Assembly: GCA_001724265.1 (NCBI GenBank)
Contig: MEDY01000329.1
Span: 1 to 34,434 of the forward strand
DNA length: 34,434 bases
Reading direction: 5' to 3'
Source: Rhizaria sp. SCN 62-66
Lineage: Eukaryota
Shown: one piece after another, positions 12,001 to 23,200 of the stretch
Position numbering within the stretch: position 1 is the first letter of the stretch
How the letters are laid out: every line of letters begins with the position of its first letter
Notes under the pieces: generated by a model
Database searches by the model: none
What the model was told of the DNA's origin: nothing
The model's input: only the letters and a program-made list of their open reading frames with translations
Translations under genes and position numbers: made by a program

Positions 12001-15000
12001 ACTGTTGTTGCTGTTGTTGTTGCTGTTGTTGCTGCTCGAGGTTGCGGCGACAGCGAGTGGCGACTGCGCCTGCTGCGTGTGGGGCAGCGCGCGGAGATAC
12101 ACGGCGCGGCGGCTGAGCGCCAGGCGCAACGCCGTGAGCATCGACAGCACCTGCACGGCCGCGCTCTCCTGCTCGCAGGCGCCCGCGCACGCGACGGGCA
12201 CGGGGGCGGGCAGGTACACCGCGGCGTCGCTGCTGCCACGGGCGGCCGACTGCTGCGGCAGCGGGTTGGCGGCGACGGTGACTGCGCCAGGCGCGGCGGC
12301 GACAGCGCAGGCGTGCTGCGCAGCGTGCGCGGCGGCGGCGAGCGGGTGCGCCGCGCCCAGCGACGCCATGACGGCGGCGAACACGGCGCGCACCCTCGGC
12401 AGCCGCGCGGCCAGCGGCTCGCGCGAGACCGCGGCGGGCAGCGAGAAGCTGTCGCGGGACGAATTCTTGGCAGGCCTGCTATGGGCGGCGACAGCGCGGG
12501 GAGCGGTCTCAGGGTCGATGCTGCCGGTCTCGACGTCGTTGTCGTCGTCGGTGCTGTTGCTGGTGCTCTTGCTCTCCGGGTCGCTCTCGTCGCCACCGCT
12601 CTGGGCGGCGAGTCGCAGCGCGGCCGCGGAGCGTGGCGACAGCGCCTCAACGGGCAGACTGGCCTTGGTGCTGACGCGCGGGGTAAGGACCGCGCGCGCC
12701 GTCGCGTTCATGCGCTCTTGCAGCGCGCGCTGCCGGTCCGCCGAGGCGGCGATGCTTGCGTCAAACACGGCGACCTCAGACGCGGCGGTGTCGTGGCTAG
12801 CGCTTCCAGTCTTCGCCAGAGTCTTGTTCAGCCTCTTCGTGGTGCCGAGACTGCTGCTCGTGGAGCTCAGACCGCCCAGGTTGCCTGTGCCCTTACCGCC
12901 ACTGTTGCCGCTGCCGCTGCCGCTGCCGTTGTTGTTGTCAAGCTGCTCACAGTCGGCCAGCATGAGCTCCAGCGTCTCAATGAGCCACAGTAGCTCCCTC
13001 TCCTCCACGGCAGCCGCCTCGGTCTCCCGGCTGACCACGTCCACGAGCGACCGCCGAAGCGCGCCGAAGCGCTTGCCCGCGCCGAAGGCCAGGTCGAGCT
13101 CTGCGCCGCGGGCGCCCGAGGCGGCGGCAACGGCGCCCGTCGCGGCGGCCACGGCGGCGGCAACAGCGGCGCGCGCGGAGGCGAAGCGCGCCGTCTGGTG
13201 CGCGTGCAGCGCAGCGAGGGTGGCCGCGGCGGCGTCGAGCTTCGAGGCGTAGATGGCGCGCTCGATCGGGTGCAGCTGCAGAGTCACCGCGGTCGCTGCG
13301 GTGCCGCTGCTCGCAGAGCCGTTACTAACGCTGCTGGTGGTGACGCTGTGAGACTCGGTGATGTTGGTCGAGGTCGTCAGCGATGTCTCTGCAGCAGCGG
13401 CGAGCGCGGGTGTGAAAGCGGGCAACAGGAACCCGCCAGTAGAGCTTGAGCTGTCAGCGCGGTTCGCGTCGGCGCCAATGTCGCTGATAGAGCCGTTGCC
13501 GCCCGCGGCGCCATTGGGGTGAGCGAGCGTGACCGGCCCCGTGGCGGCGTTGGCGCCGGCGCAGGGGTTGAAGGGTCGCACCTGGAAGTGCAGCAGTGCG
13601 TTCTGCTGCGGGAACAGCATCGCGTCCGTCTCGGCCACGGCGTCCAACGCGCCGGAGCCAGCGGCGCCGGCGGCGGCAAAGCGGCCAGTGCTCGCTCCCG
13701 CGTTGAAGCGGTTGCGGCGGACACCCGCGGTCTTGAGGCCCGCAGCCGCAGTGGCGGGGCGCGCGTTGGTGTTCGCCAGAGTCGTGCTCGTCGCAGCGCC
13801 GCCAGTGCGAGTGAGGCTGAGCGCGGTGCCGTCAGACTGCGTGAAGGCCAGCAGCTCGGCGGTCGCCGTGACGGCCTCGAGCGAGAGCAGCAGCTCAGTC
13901 GCATCCCTGCCATACGGCAGCGCGGGTGCGAATGCGCTGAGCCCGCCGCGGTAGCCGCTCACAGTCGCCTGCAGGCGCGCGTTCACCGCCGCGGCCTCGG
14001 CCTCGGCGGCCGCGATGTCCGCGTACGCCTGCGCCGACAGGGCGCGGATGCGCGCGCGGGCGGCTGTCGCCACGGTGGAGGCGTTCGCGCGGTCGTCAGA
14101 CACACTGCCGCTGGAGGCAGAATTAGAGCTAGAGCTGTGGGGGCTGTTGGAGGCGGCGAGTGTTGACTGGCACTGGAGCGCAACGGCCGCGACGTCTCGC
14201 TGCAGAGCCCCGCCGGCGCGCTCGCAGACCGCGGCCGCGGCGGCCTCGCCGCGCTCGGCCTCGCCTGCGACAGCGCCCTCGAAACGCCCGAAGGCGGCCG
14301 CGTGCGCGGCGAGCTGCGCCGACCGCGCGGCCGGAAGTGCGCGCGCGAGACGCGAGTGCAGCGCGGGCAGCTCGTCGCCGCGCTGCATGCTCAGTGACGC
14401 CGCCGCGGCCGTGCGGGCGCGCGCCGCGGCGGTCAGCGCGGTGGCGCGGCGGGTCAGCAGCGACTGCAGGTGGCAAAGGTGGCGCGCGCGCAGGGCACCG
14501 AGGCGCAGCGCGAGGGGGCGCGGGGACAGGCGCAGAGACAGAGGCGCGAGCGTCGCGACAGCACTGCCAACAGCGCTAGCGGAGTGAGAGTTAGAAGAAA
14601 TGAGAAGCTTGCGGATAGTCAAGCGGGCCGTGGTAATAGCCGCGTTATTGATGCTACTACTGCCGTTGTCGTTGTCGTTGTTGTCGACGCCGTTCTCATC
14701 CTCGTCGTCGTCAGCCGTCTCATCGCCCTTGGTACCGTTGCCGTGGATGCCGGAGTCGTCGTCGCAGCTAGCGCTCTTGCAGCCGCCAGCGATGCTCATG
14801 ATGGCGGTGACTGCAGTGAGGGCCGCCGAGACGGCCGGCGTCTCGCCGGGCAGGCAGCACGGGTCGCCGGCGATCAGACTGGCGCCGACGCTACCGACAG
14901 TCATCGCAGTGCAAGAGCTTGCGCCCGCAGTCGATGCGGCGCCAGCGGTGTTGGCGACAGGCGTGTTGAACGCGGCGGCGGCGGCGCGGGCGGCGGCGAG

Positions 15001-17259
15001 CGCGCTGCTGGCCTGCGCCGCCTGCGGGCTGTACAGCGGCACCGTGATCGCGGTCGCCAAAGCGGCCGCGAAGCTGTCGTCGTCGGCGTCGGCGTCGCGG
15101 TCGCCGCCAAAGGTCGAGCCCTCGTCGCTCTCAGCCACCAGCACGGCCGCGGCGGCGTTTGAGCCAGCGCCGACGCCCGCGCCGGCGTTCGCGGTGATAC
15201 CATCCATGTCGGCCGCGGCCGCGAAGGCGACGGCTTCGGCATCGTCGGCCGCCGCCGCGTCGGCCGCGGCGACGGCGGCCAGCAGCGCCGTCAGCGGCAG
15301 GTGCGCGCGACGGCACAACGCCACGGTCAGCGCCAGTGGCAGCGGCGAGCTCAGCGCGCCGGCGCGGACAGCCACGGCGGCGTCGGCGACGGAAACAACA
15401 ACGGGCGACGCGGCGGCAGCGGCGGCGGCAGCGGAGCCAGTGCTAGCGCCGTTGGTCTCGGTAAGAGTGTTAAGGCGGGCGCCGAAGCTGAAGCCGCTAG
15501 AGCTTGAGCTGGAATTGGAACTGGAGTTTGAGCCAACACCCTTGGTCGGGATGATGATGTCGAGGTCCTCAGCGGCCGCAGCGGAAGCAGCGGCGGCAGC
15601 AGCAGCGGCGGCAGCCGCAGCGGCGGCGTTGGCGTTCGTGGCGGCGAGCGCGGCGGCGGCGGCGCGCGTCTCCGCCGCGGCGAGCCTGGCGAGGGCCTGG
15701 GGCGCGGTAAGCACGGCAACGGCGTCGAGCACGATGCTGGCGTCGCACATGTGCTGCGGGAGTAGCGACGGCAGCAGCGCCGCAAGTCTGCTGGAGCTCG
15801 CGGCAGTCGCGCCCGCGCCCGCAGTGGAGCTGTTAGCGCCGCTGCTGCTGTTGCTGTGCAGCAGAGTGAGAGTCGGGGGCGTGGACGTGAGTCGGGTGGA
15901 GTTGCGGGACAGCGTCTCGTTCAGCGCTGCAACGGCGGCGTCATTCACACCGGCGATAGCGCTGCCGCTGGCGGCGCTCAGCGAAGCGCAGTAAAGCTTG
16001 TTGCCAGCGGCGGACGCGTTTGCGGCAGCGTTGGTCGTGCGCGCGGTGCGCGGAGGGCTCTTGACGCCAGCGGTACTCGCATTGGCATTGGCGCTAGCGC
16101 TGCTACTATTAAAAGGAGCAACGGGCGTGCCGCCGTTCGCCGCCGTTGCCGCGCCGCCGTTGCCGTTGCTGGCGAGGCAGTCGCTGTAATAAGCGGCCGC
16201 GATCTCGCCGTCGCTGCTCATGGCCACCGCGGCAGTGGCCGCAACCACGGCGGCCACCGGCGCGGGCGCCAGTCCGGGCCACACCAGCACCGACACGGGC
16301 ACTGCGCTGCCGCCCGCGCGCGTGCCGGCGCTGGGGGCGCCGCGGCGGTTAGAGCGGCGGTCGGCAGACGCAGCAGCGTTCTCAGCGGTGTTGTTATTGT
16401 TAGCGCCAGTGTTGTTGTTGTTGTTGCTGGTGCGGCTGGGTTTGGCGCCGCGGCGCGGGGGCCGCAGCGCAGCCGCGACAGCGGCGGGCGGTGACAGCGC
16501 AACCGCGACCGCCGTGGCGGGGCTCAGCGGCGGCGGCACCAGAGATGCAGCGGCGGCAGCGGCCGCCGCGGCGGCCTCAGCGGCGGCGGCGGCGGCGGCG
16601 GACGGGCGGCCGGGACGGGCCTTAGAGCCGCCGCCACCGGTGACGCTGTTGACAATGGCGTTAGCCGCTGCGGCGACGCTCATCTCTTGCCCGCTACCGC
16701 TGGCGCCGCCGCTAGCAGTGGTGCTGCCAGAAGTGCTGCAGTCGTCGCTGCTCACGTTGGTGGTGATGGTCGAGAGCGCAGAGCTGACGTCGGCGACAAA
16801 CGCGGCGTCGGTCGCAGCGGAGGCGGCCGCCAAGTAGGCAAACGCACTCTGAGTCTTGCCCTTGCCGTCATCGAAGCCCGCGAAATCGGCGCTGTTAGCG
16901 CTGGAAGCACTCCCAACATCGGAGTTTACACTGCTGCTGCTGCTGTTGCTGCTGCTATTGTTGCTGTACACGACAATTGCGTTCTTGTTCGCAGAAGCGC
17001 CGTTCTCGCTGTTCGCGCCGTTCGCACCCGCACTCGCACTGCCGCCGCTGCCGCTGCCGTTGCTGTTGCAGCCGGGCTCGGGAACCGTGAGCGCGGTGGG
17101 CGGCAGCGTCGAGAGCATGTGCGCCGACAGAATAGTCGCCAACGCCACGGCCGACGGGGACGCCGCGAAGATAAGCCCCGGGGCTGCGGGCACCAGCGCG
17201 GCAGGGGACTTGTTGCAGTCGGCAGCCTCGCTGGCCTCGGCGGCGGCAGCCGCGGCGGC

Positions 17260-17292
<33 letters not shown>

Positions 17293-20200
17293 CTTGTTGC
17301 CGCCCTTACCGGCGCTGCTGCTGCTGCTGCTGTTGGCGGAGACGGTGGCGGCGGCGGGGAGCGAGGCGGGAAAAGCAAGAGCGGCGGCGGCCGCGGCAGC
17401 CGCGGTGACGGCGGCGGAGACCGCGGTGTTGCTGTGCGCCGCGAAGGGGGTGACCGCGTGCGTGGAGAGGTGGTAGAGGTGGCAGTCCAGCGGCAGCGGC
17501 AACCCCGCCACGGCGGCGGCCACTACAGACACGAGCGCCGCCGGACTGAACGGCAGCGGCGGGCACTGGGGCGCAGCAGCAGCCACCGCAGTCGAGGTGG
17601 TGAGACTTGAGGTGTCGGCAAAACCGGCGGAGGCGCTTGCGCTTACGCTGCTGCTGTTGCTGTTGTTGTTGACCGCGGTGATAGGGCAGGGCGGCGAGCG
17701 CAGCTGGGACAGGGCCGCGGGCAGCGGGAGGTAAGTTAAGCCGCACTCGCTCACAGTCGACGCGGCGACAGCCTCCAGAGCAGCGACTCCGCAGCTCGCA
17801 GTCGCGCCAGCAGTAGTCACGACGTTGGCGCCGGCTGCGTTGCCGCTGCTGCTGCTGTTGCCCAGGCCGTAGCTGTTGGTCTTCGAAGCGGCAGCTGCGG
17901 CGTTCACGGCTCCGGCGCCGCCCGCCTTAGCGCTGCCTGTGTTCGCGCCCGAGGCCTCGCGGCTGTGCGAGCGGTTGCGCGCGCCAGCGCCCGTGGTCCC
18001 GGGCCGCGACCCGCCGCTGCCGCCACTGTTGGTGCGGTGATGGCCACTCGGCTTGGAGCTGCCGCTGCCGCTGCCCACGATCGCCGTCGCCGCCGCCGCA
18101 GCAGCAGCCGCAGCCGTGCGCACAGTGCTCGAGTGCTCTTCCAGCGCGCGCTGCTGCTGGGTCAGCGCGATGCGCTCCAACTGCGCGGCCTGCTCGCGGC
18201 GGCGCTCGGCGCGCAGGGCAAGGAAGGACATCGCGGCGCCCTGCGCGGAGGAGCCGGCACCGTAACCGCCGGAACCCGCGGGGGTACTCATGGGGTAACC
18301 CGTGGGTGAGCTGGCGATGGAGGCCGCGGTGGACAGCGCGGCGGCGGCAGCGGCGACGGCGGGGGCCGGTGCGAGGCCCAAGATCGAGGCCAGCAGGGCG
18401 TCCGGGTGCGCGGCGTCGAGGAAAAGCAGAGGAGCGCTGCCGTCGCCGCTGATGACGCTCGTTGCAGCCGCAGCGCTGCTGCTGCTGCTAGCGCTGGCGT
18501 TGCCGGCGTTGTTGCTGGGAGAGTTGTAAAGAGACACGGTGCCAGGGAGCTCAGCTGCGGGCAGCATCAACACAACACCGTCACCGCCGTTGGCTCTATT
18601 AGTCGCATTTGCAAGCAGCATGGCGTTTGCCGAGACCGCGAGCGGTGCCGCGATGGGCGCGGGCACGAGCGCCAGCGTCTGCGGCAAGTTAAGCCGCGGC
18701 ACGTGCGGCGCGAGCGCGCTCACAGTCACCGCCGCCGCCTCCTTCGAGGCCTTGACGTAGGTCAGCGCGCGCGTGGCCGTGGTGGCGGCGGCGGCGGCCA
18801 CGGCGGCGGCGCCGGTCAGGCGGGTCGGTCGCGCAGGGGTGCTGCCGCGACTGGTGCTACCGTTGCCTGCAGCAGCGCTGTTACTGCCATACGCTGCATG
18901 ACTGTTGGCATAGGCACTGGCGCTCGCTGCAGTGGCGTTGAGCGCGAGGCCGTTGAGGTTGGAGCCGAGAGCACTCGAGCCGGACAGACGGCGGCCGCTG
19001 GCAGTGCCGGGGGGAGAACCCGCCCCGCCTGCGTTAGAGCCACTGCCACTGCTGTTGCTGCTGGTGTGGCCGTGGCCGCGGCGGGAAGGCGGAGCGGCGG
19101 CGGCCGAGGCGTCCGCGGCGGTGGCGTCCGCGGCCTGGGCCAGCGCGGCGCGGTGGGCGGCAGCCGAGGCGGTCGCCGAGAGGCCGATGGCCGCAACACT
19201 GGCGGGGTGAAGGGCGTAGGCGTACCCGCTTGCAGCGTCAGTCGCGTCGGTCGCGGTGTCAAAGTCAGCGGTGAGCTTCTCACGGTCACTCTTGCGCTCA
19301 CGGTCACTCCCACAGTCGCTAGCGCGCTCGCTGGCGGGGTCGTAGGCACCGGCGATGGTGATAGTCATGGGGGGCGTGCGCGGCCGCGAGGGCGGGGGCA
19401 GCATGTCGAGTCCAAACAGCACTTGCTCTGCCAAAGTGGCCGAGGTCACTGGAGCGCCTGCACTTAGATCCGTGTAAGTGTCCAGAGACGACATGATGTC
19501 CGCGACGGCCGCGTCCAGCAGCGCAGCCGTGCTGGCACCGGCACCGGCACCCGTGGCAGTCGCGGCGTGGGCGTTGGCGCGAGCGCTACCACTGGTGCTG
19601 CTGCTGGTGGTGTTGGAGTGGGTCAGAGCGGGTGCGGAGGCGCGGAAACGCTTGTGGTACAAGCGCGGCAGGAACGCAATTACGTGGGCCACGGCGGTGG
19701 GCGTGGGGATGGGCAGGGTAAGCGAGACGCCGCCCAGGCGGGACAGCGGCAGAACACTGAAAGGATTACTTCCCCCTGTCGCAGTCGCGGACGCGGGAGA
19801 CGCAGAGACTGAGACGGCAGCGCTGGCGTCCAAGTCCGAGAGGCTGTTGTTGTTGCTGTTGCTGTTACCAGCAGGGCTAGTGAGGTTAGCCGTCAGGAAA
19901 GGAGGCGAGTTAAGCAGGGAATCAATCGCTGCCAAAGCATCACTCGCGTTGCCCTAAGGAGTATGAAATGAGTTTATATATAGCACAAGATGACAGCATA
20001 GAAATACAAATCTGAGCAAAAATGAATATGAATTGGATTGCATTTTGGTGATGAAAAGTATATTTACATAAGTGAGATATATGATGTGCGAATCTCTTGT
20101 TTATCTCCGTACCTGAATGAGTTGCTTGTGCGCCCGCACGCGCGCCAGCTGCTCCGCCACGGGCAGCGCGGCCGGAAACGACAGTGAGTCGCACACAGTC

Positions 20201-23200
20201 ACCGTGGCGGCCGGGCCGCCGTGTGCGCCCTTTTTCCCAGCAGCACCGGTGGCGGCGGTGGCATCGTGGTTGGCCGAGTTGACTGCGTTGGTACTGTTGT
20301 TGCTGTTGTTGGCGGAACCGGGCTTGGAGCGGCGGCCGGTGACGGCGCTGCCGCTGCCACTGCCGCGCGCGCTGCCCGGGGGCGCGGCACCGGTCGCCGA
20401 GACGGCCGCAGCGGCGGAGACGGTGGCGGTAACCGTGGGGGCGGGGGCGCGGCCCTTGCTGCCCGCCCGTTGCTGACCTTGGCCCTGGCCCTGAGCCTGA
20501 GACTGCGACGACGTCTGTGTCTGAGGGCGGCCGCGGCCACCGCGCGCCTCGCTGCCAGTGCCGGGCGCGCTACCACCGCCGCCCTCGGCCGCTGCGACTG
20601 CCGCAGCAAGCCTGGCTTCGGCGGCGGTGAGCAGCGGCAAGTCCCTGGCGAGCGCGGCGGCCGTGGCGGCGCGGGCGCGCAGCAGCGCGGGCACGGCGGG
20701 CAGGCCGAAAAGCGCGCCCATCGCGGTTAGCGCGTGCTCGCTCAGCGCGGCCGCCGCCGCCGTGTGCTGCGCGGCGGCCGCGGAGGTCAACGCCAGCCAG
20801 TCGCGGTGCGTCGCCGCCCAGAGGCCTGTGCCGGAGCCAGCAGCAGCGGCGGCGCCACCGGTGGTGTTCGCGTTCGCACTCGCATCGGCGCTAGTAGAGC
20901 TGTTCTTGTTAGAGCCAGGAGTATTGGCGGCGCTATTGACGGGGCTGAGCGCGGGCTCGGTGCGCAGCAACGCGTCCAGGTGCCCACGCTCCTGCGCGAC
21001 TGCGCCCGGCGTGGGCGCCTGGAGCAGGCGCGCGTGGTGCTGCTGAGTGGCGGCGCGGAGGTCGTCGCAGCGCACGCAGTAGAGCGTCCACAGCTCATGC
21101 AGCTTCAGCGCATAGTGCATATCGCACGCCAGCGACTGAGAGACCGCCGAGGACCACACGGCCGCCAGCGAAGTCAGGAACGCGGCGACAGACGCTGTGG
21201 TCGAGAGCAGCGCCTCGCTGTCGCGCGCGGCCTTGGCCGACAGGCGGGCGTGCGCGAGCGCGGCCTTGGTGTGGGGCAACCGCAGCAGCGGCGCCGTCAG
21301 CGCGATGAGGTGGCCGTCCACCGTGGCCGCTGAGGGCGGCACGGGCGCCGAGGCCAGCGCCAGCAGCGCGGACGGCGTGAGGAACGCCTGAGAGGCCTCC
21401 GCCACATCCGCGGCCGCGGTAGACCCGTTGTTGGCGGCGAGCAGCAGCCGGCGCGTCTTGTTGGCGGTGGCGTGGAGGCGGCGGCGCAGCGCCAGCACGG
21501 CGGCGGCAGCGCGGCGCTCGTGGGCCAGGTCCGCCAACGCGAGCTTGGCCAGGATGCAGCGGAGAACGAGGGTGCCGCGCGCGTGCAGAGCGAAGAGCAG
21601 CTCGGAGACGAAGGCGGTCGCGGTGCAGTCATCCTGCGCGCTGGCGCCGGCGCCGCTCTCTGTCGCAGCAGCAGTGGCACTGGCGCTGGCGCTGGAGCCG
21701 TTTTCGGTGGCGGGCAGATAGGGCAGAGAGAGAAGGTGCCGCTCCCAGGCGGGGTCGAGAGCGAACGGAACGAACACGGAGGACTCTGCGTCGTCGCTGC
21801 AGTCGCTGTCAGCGTCGCCATCGGAGTCGGACGAGTCGGAGTCACTGTCAGAGTCGGCGTCGTCGCTGCTGTCGCGAGATTTTGCGTTGCGCTGCACACT
21901 AGACCGGTCGCTGCTGTGGGCGTTCGCCTTGTTGCTGTTCGTGAAGGCCTTGTACGAGAGGCTGTCAGCGAGCTCGGCCTCGGTGGGCACGGTGTGCGCC
22001 AGCGTGGCCAGTGCGCCGAGCGCGGCCGACAGCGGGGGCAGCGGCAGCACACCGGAGTGCAGCGCAAAGCCAGCGCTGCTGCTCAGAGTGGACGCAGCAG
22101 CGCTAGCGTCCGTGTGAGCGTTGCTGCTGTCAGTGGGAGACGGACTGGACACGGTCAAACGCACCGCATTCGCCCCAACAACAGCAGCAGCAGAAACAGC
22201 AGTGGCAGGAGCGCTCATAACGCTTGTGCTGGCAGTAGTGGCGACGGCGACTGTGGTTACCATGCCGTCGGCGGCGATCACGGTCGGGGTCCCGTTGCTG
22301 ATGCTGTTGAAGGCGGCAACAGGGGCGCGCTTGTAAGCAGTGAAGGTGCGCTCGACCGCGGAGAGGATGTCGGCGGCGGAGGCGAAGTGGCCGCGCTGCT
22401 GCTGCTGTAGTTTCATCGTGGAGGACAAGCCGCCCCGCGCGGAAGGTAAGCCGCTCGCCGCAGTGGTGCTGAAGGCGCGGGGCGTGTGCGACTGCGTGTG
22501 CGCGGGCGAGTGGCTGCTGCTCGTGTTGTTAAACGCAAAGGCAGTTGTGCCCATGGACTTGTATGTCACACTACTGGCCGTGCTGCTAGCACTGTGATTG
22601 TAATTGTTATCGCTGTTGTTAGTAGGGTTGGGATTGCTGAGGACGTCGTTAAGCACCACAGTGAAAGGGTCACGGTCATACACAGACACATTCACGGCAC
22701 TAGAGTTCACGTTAGCAGTAGCATTGTTGCCCGCGTCATCAGCACCAGCGACAGCCGCAGCCGCCGCAGCCGCGGCCGCCGCAGCGGTGGCGTTGGCGGC
22801 CGACGCGGTGATGAGTGCCTCCACGGCCACGAGCGGCCGCAACGCGACCAAGTTCGGGGTCGAGATGAACGAATGCGCCGCGCCCGCAACGGGATTCAGC
22901 GCCGCCGCGCCCGCGGACGACGGGGCGGGGCTGCCCGCGGGGCGGCTAAACTTCGATGCGCTGGCACTGGACCCGGAGGCAAAATTCGAGTAGAACGAGC
23001 TCCCGTCGTTGCTTGAGTTGCTGTCGCTGCTGAACGTGGTAAAAGCAGGGTCGATTTCGTGCTTTTTAGGCGCCAAATGCTTGAACGCCGCTGCAATGAC
23101 CGCATTCACGGCAGCGTTTACCGCCCGTGTAGTCGCGGTCAGCTGCTGCAGCAGCTTCGCCTGCGTCAGAGGCATGTTATTCGCGCTCTTAGACTTGCGG